Notes: generated by a model from the sequence alone, not told the origin. Counted from the first letter of the stretch, positions 12,778-24,044 are shown. The stretch: DNA of 34,348 nt from Catajapyx aquilonaris (GCA_000934665.2 JYFJ02004149.1:1-34348), one strand, 5' to 3'. Numbers and translations are program-made.

Positions 12778-12939
12778 CAGCATTGGACATTAATCGAGCC
12801 ATACTGCTAGCGACATTTTCCGAAGCAGTGGAAGAAGGAATCGAAGATAAGGATAGTGCAAGCGGGGCGAGCAAGATTCCTTCTTCTGCCGCTTCGGAAA
12901 ATGTCGCTAGCAGTATGCCTCGATTAATGTCCAACACTG
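12778..12939. mobile_element. 162-bp foldback MITE with TA TSD
   Basis: Near-perfect arms of about 64 bp (CAGCATTGGACATTAATCGAG... / ...CTCGATTAATGTCCAACACTG), flanked by TA on both sides. Confidence 0.85.
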
Positions 12940-13093
12940 TACAACCCAACATTGACCCATCTAAGCCAGAATGGATGCCTTACATATCTGGAGTAAAAAT
13001 GAGTGAATAAAATGAAACTCAGCATGAAAGGAATGTAAGTACTATGGAAGACACAATGTAGAATGTAGCCATTATTAAAATACTATATCTTAC

Positions 13094-13310
13094 ATCACTG
13101 ATGTAATTTTTCCTCGGATGTGTGGCAAAGTCTGAGTAACATCAACCAGAGTGATCTCAAACTGAACTTCTTGGCCTTCTTGTAACTCAGTTCCTACCCA
13201 CTCTTCCTGCACTTTTTCTTTTCCTTCCTCAATTGGTTTTGGAAGAGAAACGTTGAAAGTCTTGTGAACCAAAACACCAACATGAGTAGGGCTTCTGCGG
13301 TTCACAATGC
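13094..13310 (-). CDS. POLR1F: RPA43 exon 3 (S1/OB-fold: GIVNRRSPTHVGVLVHKTFNVSLPKP...)
   Basis: Matches the RPA43 motif G.VNK....HIG.LVH..FN.SIP. Acceptor ttgcag|, donor AT|gtaaga. 217 nt, phases 1/2 consistent with neighbours. Confidence 0.92.
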
Positions 13311-13508
13311 CTGCAAGATATTTAAAAATGCATCATTTAATTAATAGGCAAAAACAATTGCGAAATCCAATGTTATAAGTAATAATGTTGTTAACACAAT
13401 GAAACATCTACAATGCAATGTAAATATAGGATCACACAAGTCACTTCAACAAAGGTTATATCCCACAAATTAAAATGCCATACAGTATTTTGCATTTTGG
13501 AGTATTAA

Positions 13509-14354
13509 CCCTAATAAGACGGGTGGTTTTTCGTGTCTTTGCAAGTATCTGCAAAAAATTCGTTTTCTTTGGGACTTGGGGACGAGACTTGAAAACACTA
13601 GTGAATAAGATCGTCTAGTGTCCAGGCTTGATCCTGAGGCCATCTATGTGACCCTCCTCTCATTCCATACGGAGATATAAAGTGTTAAACTCGCAAACAA
13701 GGTGGCGCAGGGGTATGTTTCGCGCCTACTCCATTTTTTTGTCACTCTGCCTGCTTGACAAAAAATTATCAGTATGTAGCCTTGGCACCTCTGAACAAAG
13801 CAGCACATAAACACATGGCATGAATTACGTCACAGGCCAGCGAGGCGAGTTATGTTGATCAACACACAATCTCACGAATGTAAACAATCCCTACAGCCAT
13901 AGCTGTTTAAAAAGCGCGGGGGACTTGCGCCCTCCAGCCAGCCTGAGGCCAGCGTTGAAGTGCGCAGACTCCCGCCAGACGCTAATTGGCATTTACGAAC
14001 ATTATTTATTTTAAAACTATTGAATCATCTTTTACACTAATTTTAGGGTGGAATCTCTTGAGGAGGTTTGGGGGCAACTATGTATGCCAAAAATTTGCCG
14101 GTCCAGGTCGGATTTTTTTTTTTTTGAAGTTTTTTTTTCAGCGGCCGCAAAAAGATGATTTCATTCAAGTTAATCTGGTTAATCCGGTTTATTTATGCAC
14201 GATTTTGTAGTCCAAAACTCGCGATTTTTTACGCGAGAGAATATTTAAAAAGCCACACAGAAACCACGTTACATAGTGGGAAAACGCTATAGTTTCGCCA
14301 GCAGAATTTTTTAAAGCTACTGTAACAGCATATGTGACACCCGTCTTATTAGGG
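13509..14354. mobile_element. piggyBac-like MITE
   Basis: TTAA|CCCTAATAAGACGGGTG ... CACCCGTCTTATTAGGG|TTAA: 17-bp perfect TIR and TTAA TSD. Lies 50 bp from the exon 2 donor. Confidence 0.9.
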
Positions 14355-14404
14355 TTAAAATAATAACATTACTCATTTTGTTCCTGGGCTTGCTAATTTC
14401 TCAC

Positions 14405-14547
14405 CTCTTAGCCTCTGGCCAACTTTTGGCATGAAAAGGTAGAAGTCTCCTTTGATCTCCACATGGATCGGGGAGTGGTCAGATACCAGACCACCAGTCC
14501 GGCTAGCCAGCTGAATCTTGTCAAATCCCATCACAATACCATTCAAA
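14405..14547 (-). CDS. POLR1F: RPA43 exon 2 (LNGIVMGFDKIQLASRTGGLVSDHSPIHVEIKGDFYLFMPKVGQRLR)
   Basis: Hand-translated, absent from the ORF track. Fits the RPA43/Rpb7 N-terminal pattern L.G....Y..I......G.I..D...IH..I.ADF..F.P..GQ.L.G. Acceptor ttacag|, donor G|gtgaga. 143 nt, phases 2/1. Confidence 0.9.
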
Positions 14548-15007
14548 CTGTAACAATATCAACATTTCAATTCCTGCACAAAGCAAATTGACTGACTTTT
14601 TGGTGGATCATTAGAGTTACCCAGGGATGATTTGAAAGTGAATTATTTCCAGTATTGGGAATCATTTGGCAATTTCTTCCCTTTCACATATAAACATTTG
14701 ACTGAAAAGTAGGTAGGTGATCACAGTGAACATTTACACATGCAAAAAATGAAAGCATCCCCTTTTTCTTTGTTTCCCTTGTGCCACTGTTGGCTTTTCA
14801 GAGGGTAGTTTCTATACGCAACTGGAGTATGACTTGCAAAAGCATCCTTTGCTTCAATACTTGCTTTTGTGTCTGAATTTATATACAGGAGGTCCTTGGG
14901 GTACAGACTTACGATGTTTTGCACTTACAAATGGGCTCCCAAGGCTCCCCATCAGGGTAATTTATAAATTGTCAGGGATGCAATATTTGTAATATTTGTC
15001 AGAGAAT

Positions 15008-15358
15008 GGGGTGGCGGAGTGGTGCTGCGGTAACGCATGCGCCCATAAATGTTAAGGTCCCGGGTTCGATCCCAGCCCGGGGACACCCCCTTCATCTCGT
15101 GCAGAGTTCAGGGTCACCTCTGGCTTCGTCTCGGGTGGTATTTCCTAGAGACTAAACCACCCAGGGGAGTTCACTAAAAATGGCCACAGCGTCAGATGCA
15201 CTGCACCTTGCACATCCCCTCCTGTCATCCTGCCCGTGGACCCGAGCAATACACTAAATAGGTACCATGTACTATGTATACACCAACAGCTAATAGTAAA
15301 GGTCCATGCGATAAACCCCGATGGGTGAAAGCATTACCCAACCAATTATTATTATTAT
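15008..15358 (+). mobile_element. tRNA-derived SINE, family A head and body with an alternative 3' end
   Basis: A/B boxes (TGGTGCTGCGG; GGTTCGATCCC), (TTA)n tail, TSD TAATATTTGTCAGAGAAT (14990-15007, 15359-15376). Confidence 0.9.
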
Positions 15359-15635
15359 TAATATTTGTCAGAGAATAAACTAGATGGCATGCACCTTCTG
15401 GTTCTCATCAGTCTGGTCTCCCTATTTGATTTTTCTGTCTCTCCACTCGGCCTTACTACCTTTCCCATCATGTTAAAGCAGAGACAGTTTCAGTGTTTGA
15501 CTTCTGATCCCTCCACTCTCAATCACTTCTGCATATGCTGACCGACACCCAGTTCAACATATACACTGTAATTAAATTAACAATTCAGGAACTACTTTCT
15601 TCTGTGCATGTAAACAAACCTGCATGACAGAAGGG

Positions 15636-15998
15636 TTTTTTTATTATTATTTATTTTAAAAACCCGTGATAGGGCCATAGCCTGTTTTAGGGGGGGGGGG
15701 GGGGGTGGAATACCACCATCCTTCAATTTTTCTGTAATTTTTCTTCTGACTCCGGTGCAAGGATGAAAGGATATGGGGTAAGGATGGGGATTTCTGGGAA
15801 GGGGACACAGGTGCAAGTGCAATGTCTGGAAAGGGGTCATGTGCAGTCCCCCCAGGAGCCCAGGTTGCCAAGACACCTCCTAGGCGCGGGTTAGAGACCC
15901 ACTGACGCAGGCGGAAGGGAACTCCCAGGTGGGGATCAAACCCGGGACCTTCTGCACAGCAAGCCGAGACGTTACCATCTCGGCCACCACGCCTCCCC
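15636..15998 (-). mobile_element. tRNA-derived SINE, family D (distinct head, A-like distal body)
   Basis: Head GGGAGGCGTGGTGGCCGAGATGGTAAC...GGTTTGATCCC, A-rich tail, possible short TSD ACAGAAG. Confidence 0.8.
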
Positions 15999-16445
15999 AA
16001 CAGAAGCTGTTCATTGGTGCAGCATCTTTATGCTAGCAGCTAGTCTCATTGTTTATACGGTCTCTCAAGCACAGCATCACTTTTGTCTTAACTTCTATGC
16101 ACTGTTCATCAAGGATCAGAGTTATATACAAATCCGACCTAAAGATGTTCTCAGGAATGTATCTCACCCGTAACCCAGGGACCTCCTGTTAGACTTCACA
16201 AAAAAGGGTGCAACTTGAAACACAAATTAAATCTGCACTGTGAAGTTTCATACTGCAACACATACAAGCACATTTGGCTGAAAGTTTTCACAATACAATA
16301 TACCCCAATGTATATCTCCGGATGATATTTCCACAAAATTTGGCAGGGTTACTCTTTTAACACAAGATATCCGTAAATGTCTGCCTTAGCTTGTACATGA
16401 GTACCAAAAATCCACTAGTATGTCATGTAGTCATAAGCTCAATCG

Positions 16446-16533
16446 AAATCCATCACAGTGCAGACAATGATTCAAGACAGTTCACAAAAAGATGATCCCC
16501 TGAGAGGCCCAAGGAGGCCCATCATGGGGTATC

Positions 16534-16595
<62 letters not shown>
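16446..16595 (+). mobile_element. 5'-truncated SINE family C with (TTA)n tail
   Basis: AAATCCATCACAG...GATCCCCTGAGAGGCCCAAGGAGGCCCATCATGGGGTATCCATTATT, matching the copies at 17743, 22759 and 23990. Confidence 0.8.
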
Positions 16596-16597
<2 letters not shown>

Positions 16598-16951
16598 TTT
16601 ATTTTATTTTATTTTATTTTTTTCATTACCCCACGGGGGGAGTTACCTACTCCTTAGGGGGGGTGGATTACCACCATTGGGGTTTTCGTTGGAGCGAGTT
16701 AAGATAGAATCTTATTAGTGTACTCCAAGGGTGGGTGGGAGGGGATGTGCAAAGTGCAAGTGCAATGTCTCTAATCGTCATTTTGTGAACTCCCCCGGGT
16801 GGCTAAGTCTATCGGAAATTGCCACCCGAAACGAAGCCAGAGATGGCCCAACTCTGCACGAAAGAAGGTGGGAACCCCGGGTGGGGATTGAACCCGGGAC
16901 CTTAACTTCCGTGGGCGCGCGCGTTACTGCGGCGCCACTCCGTCTCCCCAA
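16596..16951 (-). mobile_element. Full-length SINE family A inserted in the tail of a family C SINE
   Basis: Highly similar to 29870-30221, with an A-rich tail. TATCCATTATTATT... is duplicated at 16530 and 16952. Confidence 0.88.
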
Positions 16952-17242
16952 TATCCATTATTATTATTATTATTAGTCCTAAGCTCAAGATTAATCAGAA
17001 AGGCAATTGCATAGGAGAAACCAAAAAATATGACATCAATTCAGATCATGGCAGCCATGTTTAGGTAGACATCAGGTAGGCATAAGTCCAATCTCTTTAC
17101 AGAGCACAGCTTAGGAACTGCTGTTAGGTATCTAACGTAACCATCCCTTACCTAACCTATCTACATATCATATATTTTCACTGATATGAAAGTGGAGTAG
17201 TAATGAGTGATTCAGGTCATGTATATTATAAGAATACCAGGA

Positions 17243-17545
17243 CCGAAGCAGTTTGGTGGAGTGGCTATAGGGTCCGACTGCTAATCGGGAGGTCCAGGGT
17301 TCGAGACCCGGGGCCGGCAACTCTAACCGTGGTTTTCTGCGGTTTCCCATGGTCCCTCCAGGAGAATTCCGGGGTTGCTTCCTAATTTTAAAGGCCACAG
17401 CCGCCTCCTTCCTTCCCTATCCTATCCCCCCCCCAAAAAGAGCAAAAAGTAAACATGTAAGCAAGAGTTCCAGAAAAAACAAAAATCCCCCCTAAAGAGC
17501 CGAAAAAGGCTGATAACGGGGTAAGATATTATATTATTATTATAT
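17243..17545 (+). mobile_element. SINE family B (tRNA-Ser(GCT)-like head)
   Basis: Head contains GACTGCTAATC and a B box. Body GGTTTTCTGCGGTTTCCC...CCTCCAGGAGAATTCCGGG...GGCCACAGCCGCCTCCTTCC recalls polyneopteran insect SINEs. 19-bp TSD TATTATAAGAATACCAGGA (17224-17242, 17546-17564). Confidence 0.9.
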
Positions 17546-17661
17546 TATTATAAGAATACCAGGATACCCTTGCATATACCCATCCTGTATAATTATTGGG
17601 TAAGGGAATGGTAGGTAAGTGGGCTAGATTAGGAACTAGGGTAGGTTATGTTACGTTAGTT

Positions 17662-18496
17662 CAGAGGTTCCCTAACTTTTTGAGTCACAGAGCACTTTTC
17701 AAGAGAGAAATTCATAACACAGCACTATTATAACCCATGTGCAGCCTTCCACCTCTAGGGTCCCGAGTTCGATCCCCGGGTCGGACGAAGAATTCTTATG
17801 TGGATAGAGTTTCGATGGGTTCTCTCCATGTTCGCGTGGGTTTTCTCGGGGTTCTCCCGTTTCCTCCCGCTATCAAAATCCATCACAGCGCAGGTAAATG
17901 ATTAAAGTCGGTTAAATAAAAGACGATCCCCTAAGAGGCCCAAGGAGGCCTAGCACGGGGTATCCATTATTTTATTATTATAACCCATGTGCCAAAGGTA
18001 CACAGGTGCATTTTTGGCTGCTTTTACTTAAGAGGAAACCCAGTCCGCAGCAGCCAAAAAAAGGAGTATCAGTTGACATTTTATTTCATGTGATTTAAAC
18101 ATGTGATGTCAAATCAATCAAGCACCCATACTGCTGTAATGTCAAATACACTGGCTTTTCTGACACAGCCATAAAGTTTACTTCAATTTTTCCTTGGGAT
18201 TCTTATGGAAAATAAGAGTTGAAACTATCAAGTAAACTTAGCATATGAAAGGGACACTCACATACGATATCTCCTGGTATGTCGAAATGTAGCCCTTCTC
18301 TAAATTCTTTCACCATTTGGAAGCTGTCTAGATGCAACTTTTCATTGGGTACGCCAAAAACTTGATTTTCTTTTTAGCTGCTTGTACTTTATCGCTGGAG
18401 TCAAAAACATTTACTGATTTTCCTTCAAGTGAGAGGGTTAAGTTCACTTTTTTTTTNGGGGGAATCTCTTCGCAGAGCACAATTTGTAAACCGCTG
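17662..18496. mobile_element. Degenerate hAT-like MITE hosting a SINE
   Basis: CAGAGGTTCCCTAACTT ... AATTTGTAAACCGCTG termini. The 8-bp flanks CGTTAGTT and TGTTAGCT match at 6 of 8 positions. Confidence 0.55.
17743..17975 (+). mobile_element. 5'-truncated SINE family C (V-domain-like)
   Basis: B box GAGTTCGATCCC, core GTTCTCTCCATGTTCGCGTGGGTTTTCTCGGGGTTCTCCCGTTTCCTCCC, TSD TATTATAACCCATGTGC (17726-17742, 17976-17992). Confidence 0.9.
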
Positions 18497-18833
18497 TGTT
18501 AGCTATCTAACCTAACCTTCCTTTACCTCACCTATCTGCTATTAGAAATTATCACTCCATTACTGTTGCACCTACATGGCATCCCAAGTTGATTAGCAAA
18601 TTGGCCAACTCCCAGAAACCCCTTTGAAATGCCTGGACATGGAGATAGTCCTACGCTTCACGTATGTTGCCACTTCCACCACATAATTGACTTTCTGAGG
18701 CATCTTGGGCTTAGGACTTCACAACATACTAGTCATTTTCCTAGTAAAGCATGTAGATTTTTGGTCCTGATGTGTAAGCTAAAGGAGACATTTACCCAGA
18801 TATCTCCTGTCAGTTACATTTTAGATACATATA

Positions 18834-19155
18834 CAGGGTGATCAAACTTTTTTGTCGTTTTAGTTATTGACAAATTTGGCCTTAGCTGCTTATATTGTAG
18901 CCCAATTGTTGAAATCAGAAATCGGAAATAACAACAGTTGATATTAGGGATTAAACAACACGAAACAAATGAAGAATGGCATTCGAATTTGTTCGACTCG
19001 ATCTTGATTTGTTTCGTGTTGTTTAATCCCTAATATCAACTGTTGTTATTTCCGATTTCTGATTTCAACAACTGGTTGCTAGCCACGGCTACAATATAAG
19101 CAGCTAAGGCCAAATTTGTCAATAACTAAAACGACAAAAAAGTTTGATCACCCTG
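18834..19155. mobile_element. Tc1/mariner-type foldback MITE
   Basis: TA|CAGGGTGATCAAACTTTTT ... AAAAAGTTTGATCACCCTG|TA, with near-perfect arms of about 135-145 bp. Confidence 0.92.
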
Positions 19156-19709
19156 TAGAACTGGGATGTAGTAGAGATTGAATAAAATTGCATTGTTTAG
19201 AACATCACCACTTGCATACTACAACCATATGCCCTCCCTCATTGCTCATCAGCTGGTGTAGCATCAAGTTGTGTCAACAAGCTCGTGAGAACCAGCGTCT
19301 TTGACAGATTTTGAAACTTTCAGCATGAACAAGAAACAAGTTCTTTGGGTGCAAGAATTGGTTTCTCGCTCCTGCTACAACCAATCCTCGTGTAGCTTGT
19401 GAACTCGGCCTTAGGGTAGTGCTGCCGATCAGAGCCTGCAAAGAGCTTACACCAGAATCAACAAATTACACTGGAATTACACCACTGCTACACAAGCCGA
19501 CAAACAAGAACACCTATAATCCATAACCTCCTTCTCCCTCATTTCCCATCACCTCTTACACGAGTATTATGTTGTACTATCACAAAACACTTTGTGTGAC
19601 TAAATCTGAAGTGTTTGGCCACAACACCCTCCCAAACCACGAGCACAAAAGATTTCCCGCCTTCTCAACTTGCAAAGCCTTAACTACTACCTGTGACCCA
19701 TAAGCTCAC

Positions 19710-19894
19710 CTTGGCTCGTACTTGGTGATCCTGTCTTCCAGATATTCTCTAATGCCTCTGCTGAGGTCGTGCAGGAAGTACGGATGCAAACTGAGATGGT
19801 AATTAGCGGGAGTGCACACTACGCACGTGTTGGGCGATGAGGCCAAGCGCTTCAAGAGTGACTTCTTGAATTTGCACGCTACAGATGATGCCAT
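19710..19894 (-). CDS. POLR1F: RPA43 exon 1 (MASSVACKFKKSLLKRLASSPNTCVVCTPANYHLSLHPYFLHDLSRGIREYLEDRITKYEP)
   Basis: ATG in the context AACATGG. Motif C......H..L.P.YL.....GI...L...L..Y matches the RPA43 N-terminus. Donor AG|gtgagc. 185 nt, phase 2. Confidence 0.9.
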
Positions 19895-20930
19895 GTTCCC
19901 ATCCCGCACTTGTTTCTAGTTCCATATCTGGCTACCAGGGGGCGTGCTTGCTGGTCACGTGGTGTTGCCTGATCAGATGGTGCGTTCAGAACCCTGTACA
20001 ATGCCCTTGAAAATAATAATTTGCAAATCAATTAATTATCGTGTAATTAGTAGTTGGTCGCACGAAGTGATTCGGGATGATTCACGAGCGGGCCACATAT
20101 GACGAGTATAGGTTTGGCAACTGGTTGTACAATCTCATGCCGGACGTAAAGCTGGCATCACCGGGTGACCTTTGACACCTGCACTCCTGGCGGCGGATTG
20201 TGAAAGTTGCTCAAAGCAGACGATTCAAATCAAACCATCTGACAGTGAGCCAATTTTGTAATTTAGCGGAAAACTGATGGATATATAAGTCTATATTTTA
20301 TTTTTAAAATAACATGAAAAGGTACACACACTATGTTGCAAGATGCGACATTTCAGGCGTCTACGATCACGTGGAGATTTAAAAGTCAACAATGAATTGC
20401 CAAATTTTAAGTTGTTGAAATACTGTATCTGGCCAATGCTCGGGCCAATGCCTACATAGGCTACCATAAATGAAATGGAAGGTAAGAAACACACAAATAC
20501 AATGGTGCCATTAATTTTGACCTCGGTATGAAAATTATAAAAATATTACATACGTATGCATATGCAAATATGGAGTTAATTGATGATAGCATTACAGATC
20601 TGATTTCAAAAAGTTATAGCAATTAAATTCCCAGAACATAGAGCAGCTTTTATGAAAATGTGCTGAATATTGAGCAGCCAAGCAAGACTGCCTGCGACAT
20701 TCCTTCTCTAAATTTTTGCCGCTAAACCAACCAACATAGCGGAGATCCCGCACTTTTCCCTCCTCATCCAGCTCCATCCCATCCCCCTCCCCGCCATTCA
20801 TATCCACCGTTGATCCCAAACCAAAATCAACCAGCCAATGGGCGCGGCCGTGTCTTCACTTTTTGCTCAAGTCCCGGATAAAAGCGAGCGTTATTATAAG
20901 CCGTTATCACTGCGATTGTTCAGTTCCAAC
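19895..20930. promoter_or_regulatory. CpG-rich divergent promoter region between RPA43 and the USP35/38-like gene
   Basis: Head-to-head genes. CACGTG at 19956 and 20368. On the + strand: CCAAT at 20835, TATTATAA at 20892 and Inr-like TCAGTT at 20920-20925, at canonical spacing. Confidence 0.5.
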
Positions 20931-21129
20931 ATGCGATAATTTATGTACTCGTTGCAGTATAAGTCCAGACCCGAGGGCCAGATCAGCTCGTGTCTAGTCT
21001 CTTCCCAAGCCGATTTTTAGGACAGTTGAGAGGCCACGGGGCATAATAGTGGGAGGAATAAGAGCGGTTCTTGTGTGGTAACAGCGACGTGATTCCGCTT
21101 ATGTCCCGGGGGTTTCCATTCCGCCCTGC

Positions 21130-21579
21130 CAGTGTTACCAGATGTACCATAATTATGGTATTCATACCATATTTTCGGGTTCCGTACCATGTACCATAAT
21201 GGTACGCAAAAAGTACCTTATTTTGTCATGTCCAATGTTACTCTGTAATTCCACTTCCATGAAAAAAGTGATACCAATTTAACCACATATACACCTATTC
21301 AGATCTCCCAGTAGGTTACATTCACCAAAACTTGTGTGACCTTGAACCTAAAAAAAAATCGCCTGCGGCGCGCTTTTCCCTCCCCGCCAGTACTTTACTA
21401 CTTTCCCCGGTTTCGACTACTTTATCATGTTTAACTTTTTAATTACGGCTATTTAAATTTAAATTGTCTTTAATTAACATTAATTACACCATTTTTGAAA
21501 TGTACCATCTTTTCCGGAAAAGTACCATTAATTTCGAGGGTTGGTACCATTTACTCGATCTCACGATCTGGCAACTCTG
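21130..21579. mobile_element. hAT-type MITE
   Basis: TIR CAGTGTTACCAGAT / ATCTGGCAACTCTG, perfect 8-bp TSD CGCCCTGC (21122-21129, 21580-21587), internal GTACCAT repeats. Confidence 0.9.
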
Positions 21580-21869
21580 CGCCCTGCTCTCTCCTGTGTC
21601 TTCGTTGGTTTGAGTCCGCCCTCCTACCAGCAGGAGTACGAGCCAACCTGCCTCCTGTGTGACATAAGAATGGTGGTGGTGGCGGTAGTGGTGGGGCAGG
21701 ATCCGCTCGGCTGCTGACGGAGTGAGAGGATTCACCGTTGCTGTAAACCGCATCCGCACCCACGGGTAACACCCGTGTGAACGGTGCCCTGCTTGCTGCT
21801 GGGGGGAGCCCAGCTGTAGGGTGCGACGTCTGTTACCCCGGACAGGGGAAGGACCTTACGGGTGTCAAA
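21580..21869 (+). other. Candidate non-coding 5' exon segment of the USP35/38-like gene
   Basis: GC/CpG-rich and ends at a consensus donor AA|GTGAGT (21870). The first coding exon has an acceptor at 27008, upstream of the ATG, which implies an upstream exon. Confidence 0.35.
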
Positions 21870-22756
21870 GTGAGTACGTCCGGGGGTGAAAGCTAGGCCT
21901 GATTGTGGTGGGGGGAGTGGAAAGGTGTGTTCACAACCGACTGGTGTGTCAGTTGTTTGCATTGGGAGCTGTCAGACCGTGTCAGACATGCCAGGTGTTT
22001 GCTGGCAGGTTTCTATCAGGATGTGTCCTGAACCAAATTCTAGTTGTTGTCATGAAACCATCATACCATGTTGCATTATCTGTCAAAATACACCCCCAGG
22101 TCAAGTTGGTATATCTTGTCTGAAATACTCGAGAGATACAGTCATACTCTCATGGGAGGATGGTGGCATTGAGTGCACACCATATCATGTGCCAGCTAGT
22201 AGGCATTTAAAAGGATGTCCCTATTATTACTAACCGATACTTGGGGTAACCACTAAAAGTAGTTACTTTAAAGTAAATGTTTAAAAATAAGTAACGTATC
22301 GCGCAACATATTCAGATGAAGTGGGGCAAGTCCATTTAATAGGGACATCTCTGGGTATAAATCGCCACTAGCCATCAGGTTGGCATGAAAATAATGTTGT
22401 GGCATAATCTTCCTGCATTAGGTGTTGTAAGAAAGGTGTGGTTTCAGTTTGTGACTCAACTGTGAGAGGGACCATAGAGTGGGGAGCAAGTGGGGAACCT
22501 ACATCTTGTCACACTGAGTGAGCATGATAGTGTTGTATTTAACTGCGCATAAAACTTGTTTTGCAATAGACATGTGATACTAGTATGAGTTGGTAGGAAA
22601 AGATGTGGCTGTTGCACCTCAGTAGGTCACCAACTGCAATTAGCTGTGAACTGCGGGAATGTACAGACTTACCCTGCAAACAAGCTGTGCTGGTGCGGCA
22701 ATTTGTATATATGTACTTAGGCTTTGCAAGAAATATTAATATTTAATTGCATTTGG

Positions 22757-22758
<2 letters not shown>

Positions 22759-22796
<38 letters not shown>

Positions 22797-23053
22797 GATA
22801 CCCCACGTGATAGGCCTCCTTGGGGCTCTTATGGGATCATCTTTTCGTGAACCGTCTTTAATAATTGCCTGCGCTGTGATGGATTTTGGTTGCGAGAGGA
22901 AACATGTGAGAACCCCAAGAACACCCACGCGAAGATGGAGAGAACCCATCAAAACTCAATCCACATAAGTATCCTCTGTCTGACCTGGGGATCGAACTCG
23001 GGACCTCAGAGGTGGAAGGCTGTGGTGCTAACCACTCTGCTACCATGTCGCCC
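22759..23053 (-). mobile_element. Full-length SINE family C (V-domain-like)
   Basis: tRNA head GGGCGACATGGTAGCAGAGTGGTTAGC...GAGTTCGATCCC, (TTA)n tail, TSD ATTGCATTT(G/T)GAT matching 12 of 13. Confidence 0.9.
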
Positions 23054-23982
23054 ATTGCATTTTGATGAATAAACCAAGATCATGCCACATTTGCCATTAT
23101 ATCCCTGTATATTAGTCGTCACACACCCATAAACACAAACCAGTTAATAATCCTACCATAATTGATCAATTTTGATGGAGCTTTCAGTTTCTGAAAGAGG
23201 GAAGATTGGTGGAGAATTATCATAACTTTAAGTCAATGTGTCCCAGGATATTAGCAATTGATAAAAATGACCATGATCCTTGGAACACCCTGTATATATT
23301 TAAAAAAACATACTTTTCTGCTAGTGAACCTTGACAATTCACCTATAGCTGCACAGACTCACCCGTTTTGCCTTAACTAAAATTGCCATTTCAGTCAGAC
23401 CATCCTGCATAATAAACTTTTAATATGGTTTTATTGACTTGACATTTGAGAGAGTAGGGAGATGGCATGTCAATATCTGGCATTTTAGGTTTCAGTTTGT
23501 GCAGGGGATAACCTTCTAAAAATGTTTTACTTTTACATTTTTGGCTAGCTGGGAATTTTGTGTCATTGGGTAGTACCGATACCTTTTGCACTTTCTCATC
23601 TGATGGGAAGGGACTTATGGTCCAACTTATGGTCCTCGTATAACAACAGGAAAAAAAGTTATTTTAGTTTGTTGTGCAATGACGTTGCTATACAGGAGGG
23701 ATTCTTTTGGCAGTAAGCTGCTCTTATTAACCATTTACTCTTTAGACACTTAAGACTTTAGACATTACTGTAAGAAATAAGTCTGATAATGTTACAAAGT
23801 TAAATCGCAGACCCCTTGACTGAGTACTGAATTGGGGACAGTTATGTTAGCACATTGCAACAGAGATTAATGCGAACTGACACAAAGTAGACATGGACAG
23901 GTAGCCAAATATTTCTGTGAATTACTATGGAGGAAGATCATTTGATTTTCATGTAGGGGATATGAATGATTCCTGGATTACA

Positions 23983-23989
<7 letters not shown>

Positions 23990-24044
<55 letters not shown>

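Noticed and set aside
12693..13010. Overlapping ORFs on both strands with mirrored peptides
   Set aside because: Artefact of the palindromic MITE at 12778-12939.
16458..16718. Poly-Leu ORF (and the poly-Tyr and poly-Asn ORFs at 22758 and 25111)
   Set aside because: Translations of (TTA)n SINE tails.
17120..18545. CCTAACCT/TTAGG-like tracts as a telomerase RNA template or interstitial telomere
   Set aside because: Short, degenerate and scattered, with no recognisable promoter, pseudoknot or H/ACA features.
22310..22340. Hammerhead-like CAGATGAAG-stem sequence
   Set aside because: The core is not CTGANGA and the GAAA strand is missing.
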